DNA of 64,000 nucleotides from an uncultured Bacilli bacterium (lineage in GTDB: Bacteria > Bacillota_I > Bacilli_A > RF39 > UBA660), in assembly GCA_910576925.1 (NCBI GenBank), contig CAJTKB010000002.1:419-64418 (forward strand), written 5' to 3'. Within the stretch, counting starts at the first letter, position 1, and every line of letters starts with the position of its first letter. The notes under the pieces are model-generated. The model saw only the letters and a program-made list of their open reading frames with translations. It was not told the DNA's origin and ran no database searches. The translations under genes and the position numbers were made by a program. Below, one piece after another: positions 32,305 through 42,264 of this stretch.

Positions 32305-34719
32305 TCAACTCCTTACAACTGTTGTAGATAGTTGTTGTCTATTTCTTTCATCTTCTAAAGGTTTAAATAATGCTCGTGCTATTTCTGTGGTATCTATGTT
32401 AAGAACTGCACACATATTGGATAAAGATAAAATATTTTTATTTAAATCAATTAATAGACTTATCATTTCATTACTTGCTCCCTCTTCCCTCACTATTTGT
32501 CTGATTAAGTCTTCTGGTGCTTCTAAGTTTCTACCATGTTTCTGATCTCCTAAAATTGCTGCAAATTGTGCATTTGGCGGTATTACTGCTCCTTTAGCAA
32601 GATATGGTATTTGTGGTACAGATATAGTATTAATCAATCCTTTAAATGGTTTTGCTCCTAAAATATCAATATTTTTTATCTTAGTTAATGCTGAATTGAT
32701 ACCCTTAAATGGTATTGTTATTGTTTTATTAATTCCTGAAATTAAACCATTTATCACTAATTTCAATCCATTCAAAATACCATCTTTAATACCATCAAAT
32801 ATTTTTCCACCTGCTGAAAATACATTTTTCACTGCTTGCCAGGCATTAGCGAATGTATCTCTAAACCAAGATGCTACATTATTGCCAAAAATATTCTTAA
32901 TGCTTGACCATAAACTTCCAAAAAAGTTTAAAACGTTATCTTTGAGGCTTTGAATCCCATTAATCAATCCTTGAATAAGATAAGTCCCCATTTCAGCTGC
33001 TAATGTGCTAGGACTATGTATACCAAAAAAATTAAGTATAGCCTTCCATAAAGCGTCAAAAGCTCCTACTACCAAATCAATAGCCGCGGTAATACCTACA
33101 GCCAATCCTTTCATCAAGTCTAGTGTTATTCCAATATAATCAATATTCGCTATATAATCTATTATCGCTGTTATAATTTTACTTCCTAGTTCTCTCCAGT
33201 CAACAGATTGTATTTGCTTTGTTATATGTTCCCATAACTGTTTTGTACCATCACTAAGTTTTTTAGCAACAGATCCCCAATCTATTGCTAAAAGCATTGT
33301 TCCAATACCTGAAATAGCATTCCAGATTGTGTCAAAAATATTAATTGCTAATTGTCCCCACTCAATATTTGTAATAAAATCGCTAATTCCTTTCCCTAAA
33401 TTATTCCAATCTACTGCTTTTATAGCATCAGCAATAGCTCTTGTTATTCCTGTTCCTAATTGGCTGAATTTAGTTCCTAGTAAAGAAAAGTCTAGTTCAT
33501 TAATAAATCCATTAAATACTTGGACTGTATTTTGCATTCCTGCACTGATTTTATCTGTTAATTTCACTATATCAAATGAAACTAAAGCATTATTAATACT
33601 AGAAGCTATTTTTTGACCTACACCAAAAAAATCTCCTTGTGAGATTAATTTTTTGATTTCATTTAGATAATCTAGTAATTTTCCACTTTGCTCTATTTCT
33701 CCACTAAAATCAAGGCTAGGTATTTCTCCTTCACTTGCTCCTCCAGATGTATTGTTTTCATTATCATTTAAATTTTCTATTTCATCTATACTAGATAGAC
33801 CATTCTTAGCACTCTTGGCATTTTTGCCTAAATCTTGATAAGCTTTCGATTGTTCATATATGCTTTTAGCTCCATTTTTCGCTTGTGTAGCTGTTTGCCC
33901 AAATAATCCTGATACAAAAGTTGCTATCTGCCCTGTGATGCTAGATAAAGCAGTCATTAAATTGTTTAACGCTGGAAGGACATAATTATAAATAGGTGCG
34001 AATGCAGTTAATAAATTAACTTTTATTTGATTTAGGCTAGAAGCAAATTGAGAGTTAGAATTTAGCACTCCTATTAGACCACTTGACAATTTACTCAAAC
34101 CTGAGCTTAAAACATTAAAAACCAGTGCCCCTGTTATTAATCCTGTTATTCTCTTACCTAATTGACCAACTTTTTTATTTAAAGAATTTAATTGATTATT
34201 AATTGATTTGAATGGTTTTGTCTTAGAAAAAACTGATAATAAAGTTGTTCCCAATTTCTTTGCTTTTATATTAGCTTTATCTAAACTTTTAGAAAATTCT
34301 TCGCTAGAAGTATCTTTCATTTCATTTTTTAATTCATTAGCCTTCTTTTTAGATGAATCTAATTTACTTTCTGCTAATGCTAATTGCTTTTGTAGTTGTT
34401 TTACTTCCTCTGTGTTTTGTGGACTAAATTTAATATCTTCAATTTTACTAGATAGTTCATTTGCTTTTGATTTTAAGATATCAATTCTTTTTTCTGTTTC
34501 CACTGCATCAGTATCAAACGAATTTATTCTCCTTGCACTTTTATCAGCGCTTGAAGTATCTCCATTTTTTACAAACTTAGAATAATTTGATTGTTCTTGA
34601 TTTATAGAAACATCAATTTCTATTTTCTTTTTTTCTAGTTCTTCTAGTTCTTTTTCTGCTCTTTTCAGTTCTGCTTCAAAGGACTTTAGGCTTGCTGGCG
34701 TTTTGTTTCCTGATGCCAA
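32305..34719 (-). CDS. tail tape measure protein
   Basis: 804 aa with an N-terminal coiled coil, a Gly/Ala/Ile-rich low-complexity C-terminal half and membrane-like segments. Its position follows the chaperone pair. Confidence 0.8.
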   Translation of the reverse strand: MASGNKTPASLKSFEAELKRAEKELEELEKKKIEIDVSINQEQSNYSKFVKNGDTSSADKSARRINSFDTDAVETEKRIDILKSKANELSSKIEDIKFSPQNTEEVKQLQKQLALAESKLDSSKKKANELKNEMKDTSSEEFSKSLDKANIKAKKLGTTLLSVFSKTKPFKSINNQLNSLNKKVGQLGKRITGLITGALVFNVLSSGLSKLSSGLIGVLNSNSQFASSLNQIKVNLLTAFAPIYNYVLPALNNLMTALSSITGQIATFVSGLFGQTATQAKNGAKSIYEQSKAYQDLGKNAKSAKNGLSSIDEIENLNDNENNTSGGASEGEIPSLDFSGEIEQSGKLLDYLNEIKKLISQGDFFGVGQKIASSINNALVSFDIVKLTDKISAGMQNTVQVFNGFINELDFSLLGTKFSQLGTGITRAIADAIKAVDWNNLGKGISDFITNIEWGQLAINIFDTIWNAISGIGTMLLAIDWGSVAKKLSDGTKQLWEHITKQIQSVDWRELGSKIITAIIDYIANIDYIGITLDLMKGLAVGITAAIDLVVGAFDALWKAILNFFGIHSPSTLAAEMGTYLIQGLINGIQSLKDNVLNFFGSLWSSIKNIFGNNVASWFRDTFANAWQAVKNVFSAGGKIFDGIKDGILNGLKLVINGLISGINKTITIPFKGINSALTKIKNIDILGAKPFKGLINTISVPQIPYLAKGAVIPPNAQFAAILGDQKHGRNLEAPEDLIRQIVREEGASNEMISLLIDLNKNILSLSNMCAVLNIDTTEIARALFKPLEDERNRQQLSTTVVRS

Positions 34720-34909
34720 TTCATTTAGTTTACTTTTTAATTTATCAACTTGAATAGTTTGACTTTGTATTTTTTCACATTGTTTACTATATTGTTCAAT
34801 AATCTTTTTTGACTTTTTGCTTACCTCTTCAAAACCTTTGTTAAGTCCAGTTTGATCTATCTTAGTGTTTATTTTTAGTGTATTACCTTCTGCAGCGCAT
34901 CAGCATCAC

Positions 34910-35479
34910 CTACTTTCCTTGATTCCAAAGTTTCATAAAGTTACTGTCATCATCTTCCAACTCTTTTGGAACATAATCTAAATCTAAAATTCTTCTCATA
35001 GTAAACCATGTTTTTCTTTCTTCTTTATCGAGTTTACCTTTATTCTTTTTATCTCTTAAAGATATTAGATAACTAAGAGTACAGTCTTTATCTACATCCA
35101 TAAAGAAAAAAACAAATTTCCACCAATGAAGATACTCAATACTCTCTAGATCAGTATTGTGCGTTTGGTTAATAGCAGAATAAATATATTCTCCATCTTT
35201 ATTAAAAGAATATACTCTTTTTACATTATTAGAAACATCTGAATTTTCTTCCTTTCCACAGTTTAAAAATAATACTCCCTTTCTTATTGCTTCCTCTGTA
35301 TTATTTGGAATACCACCATAAAGCCTTTTTAAAAGAATATAATATTTTTCTTCTAGTGTTAGTCTTTCATCTTCATAAGCCATTATTATTTTTAAACAAT
35401 TTCTAAAATCACTATTTACAGGATATATTTCATTGCCTATTTTGATTTTTGTAGGGAACTTACTTAACAAGACATTCAT
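34910..35479 (-). CDS. tail assembly chaperone-position protein (distal of pair)
   Basis: Called by position between the major tail and tape measure genes. Confidence 0.35.
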   Translation of the reverse strand: MNVLLSKFPTKIKIGNEIYPVNSDFRNCLKIIMAYEDERLTLEEKYYILLKRLYGGIPNNTEEAIRKGVLFLNCGKEENSDVSNNVKRVYSFNKDGEYIYSAINQTHNTDLESIEYLHWWKFVFFFMDVDKDCTLSYLISLRDKKNKGKLDKEERKTWFTMRRILDLDYVPKELEDDDSNFMKLWNQGK

Positions 35480-35480
35480 T

Positions 35481-35936
35481 CTATAATACTTCTTCTTCCT
35501 TATCTAAATACTGATTAACCTTAGAACTTCTGCCCTCTTTAAAATAAGAATTAGCCCATTTTATTAATTCTATATATGGATCAATAGAGTTACTTATCTT
35601 TGAGAAAGTTCCACTAACATTTCCAAAAACTTCATCTGTTACTGTTTTAATTTCCTCTATTGTTTCTAAATAATTATCTAATTTTTCATCTAATTTTTTG
35701 AATATACCTTTATATTTTTCAAATTCTTCTATGTTTTTCAAGTCAAAATTAGGAATATTCTCTAGAGTTCCTATTTGTTTATCTTTTTTTTGTTTTTCTT
35801 CTATTATTTCTACTAAATGCAGATATTTTTTATAAATTATAGGGTCTTCTGGATCAAATGATACTATTCCTATAATATTATCATTCTCATCTACTATATC
35901 CTCTGTTATTTTTGTACTTTTAATTTTTAAAGCCAC
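35481..35936 (-). CDS. tail assembly chaperone-position protein (proximal of pair)
   Basis: Acidic 151-aa protein in the position of lambda G-like chaperones. Confidence 0.35.
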   Translation of the reverse strand: MALKIKSTKITEDIVDENDNIIGIVSFDPEDPIIYKKYLHLVEIIEEKQKKDKQIGTLENIPNFDLKNIEEFEKYKGIFKKLDEKLDNYLETIEEIKTVTDEVFGNVSGTFSKISNSIDPYIELIKWANSYFKEGRSSKVNQYLDKEEEVL

Positions 35937-35984
35937 AATCTCATCTCCTTTTATAATAAATTGAAGAGAGCAATAAGCTCTCTA

Positions 35985-36491
35985 TTATACTGTTTCTGTT
36001 GGCGTGAACACTTTTGTTGCTGGATCAAATGTTCCATGTGTTTTCTTTCCTACCCAGTTAATATCAAATGGAGATCCAAGAGACTTTTGTCCACCTAAAC
36101 TTTTAAGGTCAATTGCCCCTTTCTGCTTAAATGCCCTAAACTTGCCTTCTGAAATCTCATCATACTCTGATATATCAATAAACTCTTCTACAACATCATC
36201 TAGTTCTAAATCGTTATTGTAAATATCATCTAACTTTTGAAATAGTTTACTTTCATATCTACCAATAAATGGATCTACTGTTGTTACATGATTACCTTGA
36301 GTTACCTCTGTTGTAGTTTCTCCTAAGACATTTCTTTTAGATTCTACTTCATTGTTAAGTTCTCTTGATAATTCATCATTATCTTTTCCAATAAGCTCAA
36401 TTTCTTCTGTTTCTCCATTTTTATAAACATATCCTATTAAATGTTTTTCGCGTTTAATCTTTCCTGTGCCTGTTATAGCCATAAACTTCAC
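35985..36491 (-). CDS. major tail protein (by position)
   Basis: 168 aa, lying upstream of the chaperone pair. Confidence 0.4.
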   Translation of the reverse strand: MKFMAITGTGKIKREKHLIGYVYKNGETEEIELIGKDNDELSRELNNEVESKRNVLGETTTEVTQGNHVTTVDPFIGRYESKLFQKLDDIYNNDLELDDVVEEFIDISEYDEISEGKFRAFKQKGAIDLKSLGGQKSLGSPFDINWVGKKTHGTFDPATKVFTPTETV

Positions 36492-36930
36492 TCTCCTTTA
36501 TATAAGTAAATTTGCATTGAATTTGATAACGAGCTTGTTTCATACCATTAAAAACAGAATATAAATATCCACTAGTTTCAACTTCAATTTCTTCTGGTGT
36601 ATATCCAGCTTTTAAATCAGGAAAAACACCATTATCATTATTTTCTTCTATCCAATCACTAAAGTCTTCATAAAAACCACTATTATTAATTTGATTTTGT
36701 ACTTCTTCACTAAAATCAAAGGTACTAGCAACTACAAATATAATTTGTCTTTTACTTGAACCATCTACATATTTAGTAACTATTCTTTTAGAAGGAACAT
36801 CCTCTATCGAAAAACTATTCGATTCTTCATCAAGAAAGTTGATACCTAAATTATTAAGTTTTTTCAAGTAAGGGCAAGTAATTATATAATCTCTTATGCT
36901 ACTTATTAAGTATTTCTTTTCGTTATCCAC
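36454..36930 (-). CDS. tail completion / head-tail joining protein (by position)
   Basis: ORF in the connector module. Confidence 0.3.
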   Translation of the reverse strand: MDNEKKYLISSIRDYIITCPYLKKLNNLGINFLDEESNSFSIEDVPSKRIVTKYVDGSSKRQIIFVVASTFDFSEEVQNQINNSGFYEDFSDWIEENNDNGVFPDLKAGYTPEEIEVETSGYLYSVFNGMKQARYQIQCKFTYIKESEVYGYNRHRKD

Positions 36931-37366
36931 TTTTCCCTCTTGTATTCACGTATTGTTGCACCATAGATACTATTTCTTCACTTTTATCAGCCCACATTCT
37001 ATCAGTCCAAAAAGCTCCCCTTAAAGGTCCATCAGTATAATTTAAATCAACGTTTGTTAATTCCTTCAATGTATTTGGTCTTGACCAAAAACCATAATTA
37101 GGATTATAAAAAGCTCCTTTTTGAGTAATAGGATCTATCATCAATTTGCCATTCCATAAATATAACGCTTGAGGTGATAAATAATGTATATAGTCTATTC
37201 CTATCGAAACGTTAGCTATGAATATTCCTTTATATTTTGGGGTATATGGTTCTGAAAACTCATATATCTTTTCTGTAAAGAATAATTGATTAGCTCCATC
37301 AAAGCCATATTGTTTCTGAAATTCTTTAAAAGACATCATATCAAGTTCTACATATATTTCTTTCAT
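36923..37366 (-). CDS. head-tail joining protein (by position)
   Basis: ORF in the connector module. Confidence 0.3.
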   Translation of the reverse strand: MKEIYVELDMMSFKEFQKQYGFDGANQLFFTEKIYEFSEPYTPKYKGIFIANVSIGIDYIHYLSPQALYLWNGKLMIDPITQKGAFYNPNYGFWSRPNTLKELTNVDLNYTDGPLRGAFWTDRMWADKSEEIVSMVQQYVNTRGKSG

Positions 37367-37707
37367 TAACTGCCACCTATTAGCATAGAATCTAAATCAC
37401 TACCACAACTATAATTATTAATTGTTGTAATGGTGATTACTTCATCATAACTATTTAATTCTGTTATAGTTTCTCTGATATCCTCTGCTACACCTTTCAC
37501 AACTCTATTTTTCTTCTCTATTTTAAAATCATTTGGAATTTTGTCTTTGGGAATAATAATGTTGATAGAGTCATTAGTAACTACACCTTTTCCTGATACA
37601 GATATACCATCTGTTCCGTACCAAAATACACCTTCAATTGTTTTCTTTGGATAAGTACCATCTTTATTTTGCTTTCCAAAAATGGTTATTGTATGTGGAA
37701 AATCCAT
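37366..37707 (-). CDS. head closure protein (by position)
   Basis: ORF in the connector module. Confidence 0.3.
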   Translation of the reverse strand: MDFPHTITIFGKQNKDGTYPKKTIEGVFWYGTDGISVSGKGVVTNDSINIIIPKDKIPNDFKIEKKNRVVKGVAEDIRETITELNSYDEVITITTINNYSCGSDLDSMLIGGS

Positions 37708-38106
37708 TTAAACACCTCTAAATAGCAATTTTTCATCAATATGTTCTTTACATATCCTGTATATATCACTATTTATTTCTTTTTCTGTTTTAATTTGAGC
37801 ATTTTGATATTGCGTGTTATTTGTATAAGATATAGAACGTGGACCAAGCGTTTCACTTACTATTTGTTTATTGCTTGTATCTGCATTTATTACTTTAGTT
37901 TTTAATATCTCTTGATTATATAGAAGTTCTGCAATTAAGCAAGTAGCATCTTTTATATCATCGTTTATATTATCTCTATTTATTCGATTAAGAGTATAAT
38001 ATTTAACTTTGCTACTTGCTTCTTTTGCAATTCTTTTAAAGGCTTTATTTGGTATGACGTTGCTTCTAAAATCATCAATATAGTAATTATAGTCTATATA
38101 TTCCAT
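37708..38106 (-). CDS. head-tail connector protein (by position)
   Basis: ORF in the connector module. Confidence 0.3.
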   Translation of the reverse strand: MEYIDYNYYIDDFRSNVIPNKAFKRIAKEASSKVKYYTLNRINRDNINDDIKDATCLIAELLYNQEILKTKVINADTSNKQIVSETLGPRSISYTNNTQYQNAQIKTEKEINSDIYRICKEHIDEKLLFRGV

Positions 38107-38121
38107 ACCTTTTTCACCTCT

Positions 38122-38439
38122 CTATTTTTTATCTTTTTCAGATGATTTTTTTAGTTCTTCAACTTGTTTTTCAAGTTCTGATACTTTATTTAAAGCTTCT
38201 TCTTTTAATGTTTTTTCAACATTAATTTGTTCTTTTAGTTCTTCAACTTGTTTTTCAAGTTCTGATACTTTATTTAAAGCTTCTTCTTTTAATGTTTTTT
38301 CAACATTAATTTGTTCTTTTAGTTCTTCAACTTGTTTTTCAAGTTCTGATACTTCTCCTTGAAGCCCTATAACTACATTATTATCATTTAAGGGCGTTTT
38401 ACTATTATTAACGCCCATGCCTATAAATGTACTCATCAT
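38122..38439 (-). CDS. coiled-coil repeat protein (capsid decoration / accessory)
   Basis: Three tandem 28-aa repeats of VSELEKQVEELKEQINVEKTLKEEALNK. Confidence 0.5.
   Translation of the reverse strand: MMSTFIGMGVNNSKTPLNDNNVVIGLQGEVSELEKQVEELKEQINVEKTLKEEALNKVSELEKQVEELKEQINVEKTLKEEALNKVSELEKQVEELKKSSEKDKK
38150..38370. repeat. 84-bp tandem repeat of about 2.6 copies inside the CDS at 38122-38439
   Basis: TAGTTCTTCAACTTGTTTTTCAAGTTCTGATACT recurs at about 38152, 38236 and 38320. Confidence 0.8.
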
Positions 38440-38451
38440 TTCACCTCTTTC

Positions 38452-39303
38452 TTAAGCTTTATGAGAACAATAAACACCTGCTAATTTATTCTCATAAACA
38501 TGTGCATATAAATTATTATTACGATATTTAAATACATTATCATCACCATCTTGATCCTCATCTGGTGTAAAGTATTTAATATATTGTTCCATGTGTGATA
38601 CTACTGCACTTCTTTCTACACATAAAAAGTTAATTTCTTTACCATCTTCAGCCTTAACATATCCATATTCTGTTTTACCATCATTTAATTTAATTTTGGT
38701 ATACATTCTAGACTGTGGAATTTCAATAATTTGTGAAAATTTATTTAATACCTCTTTAGACTTATAAGAATCTAAATCACTAACTAATGCTCTATTAGTA
38801 GGTGTAATAAATAAAATTCTGTTTTCTGGATCCACTTCGTCCTCATCCATTTTATTTGTACAAGCACGTAAAGCAGCTATTACACTTGCTCCATCTGTTA
38901 AATTTTCCTCTTTAACACTTATACCTACAACACCAGCTATTTTTGCAATTCTTGCTGCATCAGTTTCAGGAACAACTTTAGTTCTAATAAACTCACTTGA
39001 TAGCTTTGCAAATGGTAATCTTAATGCCTCTACATTATCTAATCTATCAATACGTAAATCTTGTGAACGCTCTTTATCATATTTAATAGTTTCCCATCTA
39101 AATGTTGTAAACCCTTTTGTATAGCCTGTATTTCTGTCAAAATCTCCTAAAGCATCCATATCTAATTTTGCAACTTTTATTTCTCCGTTGTCACCACGTT
39201 TTATTGTTGCTTCATCACCCTCTAAAATAGCAGTTTTTGAAGCCTGTTTGTACACTTTATCTAATAATGGTAGATACTTTGTACTTAACTCAATATTATT
39301 CAT
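38452..39303 (-). CDS. major capsid protein
   Basis: 283 aa, lying after the scaffold gene in the head module. Confidence 0.6.
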   Translation of the reverse strand: MNNIELSTKYLPLLDKVYKQASKTAILEGDEATIKRGDNGEIKVAKLDMDALGDFDRNTGYTKGFTTFRWETIKYDKERSQDLRIDRLDNVEALRLPFAKLSSEFIRTKVVPETDAARIAKIAGVVGISVKEENLTDGASVIAALRACTNKMDEDEVDPENRILFITPTNRALVSDLDSYKSKEVLNKFSQIIEIPQSRMYTKIKLNDGKTEYGYVKAEDGKEINFLCVERSAVVSHMEQYIKYFTPDEDQDGDDNVFKYRNNNLYAHVYENKLAGVYCSHKA

Positions 39304-39320
39304 ATAATATCATTCCTTTC

Positions 39321-39944
39321 TTATTTTTTCTCTTCAGTTAATCCCATAATTTTTAATACATCATCCATAGAACTATCGTTTGTAGGTGCTGTTGGTGTTG
39401 TTGAAAAGCTAGGATTTGCTACATCACTCATAAATGAGTTAGCATCACTTTTCTTTAGTTCTTCTAGCCACTCCTTAGCACCTTGGAAAGATTTAGACTC
39501 TTCATCGTATTTAAAATCTTTTTCGTTAAATTTTGCTATTACTCCAGTCTTAGCCATTTCACTCGAAAATTTAACATCATTAAAAAAAGCATCCATTCTT
39601 TCCTTACGAATACTCTTTTCTTTCTCTGCTTTCTGATTTTCCACTAACTCATTATATTTAGTTTCCCAATCAGTAGCAGATTGTTTGATACTATCAATAT
39701 CCATATCTTTATATGATTGAATCTTCTTATTAGCATCTTCTACTTGTTTTTTAAGATTAGTAATTTCTTCCTTATCTTTGGTAACAAGTTTACCATGTTC
39801 AGCCATAATTGTATCGATTGTTTCATCTTCCAATTCTAAGCCTTTTAAAAATTCACGCATTATATTCTCTCCCTTCGCTTTTTTTCGTGGTCTCGTCCAC
39901 GTGTGAATTAAATATTTGTTAGTCCTAACGTTGCTATACCACAC
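39321..39944 (-). CDS. scaffolding protein
   Basis: Charged coiled-coil 207-aa protein lying between the minor head and capsid genes. Confidence 0.55.
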   Translation of the reverse strand: MWYSNVRTNKYLIHTWTRPRKKAKGENIMREFLKGLELEDETIDTIMAEHGKLVTKDKEEITNLKKQVEDANKKIQSYKDMDIDSIKQSATDWETKYNELVENQKAEKEKSIRKERMDAFFNDVKFSSEMAKTGVIAKFNEKDFKYDEESKSFQGAKEWLEELKKSDANSFMSDVANPSFSTTPTAPTNDSSMDDVLKIMGLTEEKK

Positions 39945-39997
39945 GAAAAAAGCCGATATTTTTTATCGACTTAGTACTTTTATAGTGCTTATAAATT

Positions 39998-40252
39998 TTA
40001 ATAATATTCATTTGGTATTTTTATAGTAGATATCCCAACTATATAATAAAATATTTTAAATTGATTTTGATTCAATTCATTTCTAAACTTTTGAAATTTT
40101 TCCTTAGAATTATATTCTTTCAAGAATTTTTCCATGTTATCATTTATTTTATTATTTAAAGCTATTTTATCAATTTTTTTTGTCTTATTATGCATAAGTT
40201 TATCAACTATATATTTTAATTGCTCATCAGTAAAGTCAAATATTATATTCAT
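39998..40252 (-). CDS. hypothetical phage protein
   Basis: 84-aa ORF. Confidence 0.3.
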   Translation of the reverse strand: MNIIFDFTDEQLKYIVDKLMHNKTKKIDKIALNNKINDNMEKFLKEYNSKEKFQKFRNELNQNQFKIFYYIVGISTIKIPNEYY

Positions 40253-41115
40253 TTCAATACCTCCACATCAATATTGAGTTGATTGTATCCATAATCATCT
40301 ACTACATTATAAGCTTTTAATATTTTATATTTAGTATTAGTGTTAAGTACGGCTTCACTCTCTTCTATATTTTTAGTCACAAAACAATTTGTTCCTTTCT
40401 TTATGTATGTATTTAATTTTACTACATTATCTTTAAAAATGCTATTATCAGTTAAACTTACACTCATAAATCCTTTATTAGTTATTATTTTGCCAATATT
40501 TTCATTTATTTTAGATGAACCGTTTTCAAATTCTTTTTTTGCTCTTTCACGAGATATACTTATGCCAAATTCTTCTTTTAAATAATCCTCTCCTACAAAT
40601 CTAGATGCTTTTACATCACAATCTAATTTGTTTTTAGAAATTACATTCTGCAACATTTCCTTAGTTTTCCTTTGCTCAAAATTCATTTCTAATTCAGAAT
40701 TTCTTAAGCAATTATTTATACCCATAGCATAATCAGTTGCTATAAATCCATTATTATAATCATATAACCTTTCTTCTTGCTCTTTTGTAATATTTTGTTT
40801 TAAAGACATTTCGTTAAACGTATCATTATCAAGCTGATTATAATCATTTTCATTAAATGTCTTTTGATTATCAATTTCTTTTTTATGCTCAATAGGAGTA
40901 GCTAAATCTTCTTTTACTTTCAATTCAGCTTTCTTTTGCTCTAAAGATTTCTTCTTTTGAAATAATTCGTCTATTCTTTTAGCAATATCAATTTGTTTTG
41001 TATTGAATTTTCTGCTTTCTTTCATCGCAGTTGCTAAGTCTTGCCCTTCTTTAATAAAAATACGACGTCCGCCTACTGTACGCCATACGCCACCTATATC
41101 ATCCATTTTTATCAC
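40249..41115 (-). CDS. ADP-ribosyltransferase-like domain protein (head-associated)
   Basis: The C-terminal half has a candidate Arg, an STS-like GFMSVSLT and an acidic EESE pair, resembling the R / S-T-S / E-x-E ART triad. The gene overlaps gp7 by 4 bp. Confidence 0.45.
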   Translation of the reverse strand: MIKMDDIGGVWRTVGGRRIFIKEGQDLATAMKESRKFNTKQIDIAKRIDELFQKKKSLEQKKAELKVKEDLATPIEHKKEIDNQKTFNENDYNQLDNDTFNEMSLKQNITKEQEERLYDYNNGFIATDYAMGINNCLRNSELEMNFEQRKTKEMLQNVISKNKLDCDVKASRFVGEDYLKEEFGISISRERAKKEFENGSSKINENIGKIITNKGFMSVSLTDNSIFKDNVVKLNTYIKKGTNCFVTKNIEESEAVLNTNTKYKILKAYNVVDDYGYNQLNIDVEVLK

Positions 41116-42260
41116 TTCCTTTTGACTACTCGTTCTCTAGCAAAATCTCTATGTAATCCATTATCTTTTAAGAACTTTGTATATCGAGGTAAAAACTTTT
41201 GTTCTTTTTTCTTCCACTTTTTGTAATTTTCTTCATTACCTAGTTGTTTAAAAACATCTTGTTTAGTTCTACATTTTCTTATGTATCTTTCTTTGATTCT
41301 TTGCTGTTCTTCTAACTCTACTTGTATTTTGTTATCTCCATAATCAAAATATTCTGATTTAGGTTTATCTATTCCAATAAAAAATGGCCAAAATTTGTGT
41401 CTACAATTAACTCCTCCGAGTCCTAAAATATCTCCATATCCTGTTGCTTCGTAAAAATTCTCATATTCATCATCAGAACCATCTAACTTATAAATCTTTC
41501 CTTGCCAAGAATAATGATTTGAAAAAGGTACTTTCCCATCTCCTAGTCTAGCTCCTAAATGTGAAGATACTTCTACATATTCAGCACCTAACTCTTTTGT
41601 TATCTGTTCTGCACCTTTATTATGAGTTTGATAGATAGCTGTTAACATATCACGTCTTACTACACTTTCTAAAGTCATTTGATAGATTGTTCTATCTTTT
41701 CTTTTATATGTAGCTCCTTTAATACCATCATCTACCATTTTCTCTATCGCTCTAGTAATTGCAGTATTATAGTCGTATATTCCTGTTCCGATTTCTAATC
41801 TTGCTTGATTTAATGCATTCATATATGCTTTTTTGGTACTTTCTATTGCTTTAGTGTTGATCATTTTAAATATTTCTTTAGTATCAGTATAAGAATTATT
41901 AATTGCGTGATTTATTGTTTTTGATTGTAGCAAAGTATTATAGGCTATATTAATAGCTCCTTTATCGTTTAAAAAATCTATTCTTTCTTTTGAAATACTT
42001 CCATATCCCGCTTCTTTTAATAACCTTTTTATTTCTTTTTCTGATATATAGCTATATTTTGAAATGATTCTAATTGCTTCTTTATCTAATGCTCCTATTT
42101 CTTCTAATTTCTTAAAGTACCAATCCAGACTATTTCTAATTGTTACATCTTCATTTACAGCAAAAAAACTTGCTATCTTAAGTAACAAGTCGTGTTCTAT
42201 ATTTTGATATATTTCTATGATAGGTTGCGCTAGAGCTTTTAATTCTTCATCTGTTTTCAT
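41112..42260 (-). CDS. minor head protein, SPP1 gp7 / Phage_Mu_F family
   Basis: 382 aa, lying after the portal gene. The family pattern fits. Confidence 0.65.
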   Translation of the reverse strand: MKTDEELKALAQPIIEIYQNIEHDLLLKIASFFAVNEDVTIRNSLDWYFKKLEEIGALDKEAIRIISKYSYISEKEIKRLLKEAGYGSISKERIDFLNDKGAINIAYNTLLQSKTINHAINNSYTDTKEIFKMINTKAIESTKKAYMNALNQARLEIGTGIYDYNTAITRAIEKMVDDGIKGATYKRKDRTIYQMTLESVVRRDMLTAIYQTHNKGAEQITKELGAEYVEVSSHLGARLGDGKVPFSNHYSWQGKIYKLDGSDDEYENFYEATGYGDILGLGGVNCRHKFWPFFIGIDKPKSEYFDYGDNKIQVELEEQQRIKERYIRKCRTKQDVFKQLGNEENYKKWKKKEQKFLPRYTKFLKDNGLHRDFARERVVKRK

Positions 42261-42264
42261 CTAA

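Noticed and set aside
35470-35530. Programmed -1 frameshift between the two tail chaperone-position genes
   Set aside because: I see no canonical X XXY YYZ slippery heptamer at the junction (GGAAGAAGAAGTATTATAG), and the second gene has its own ATG right after the stop.
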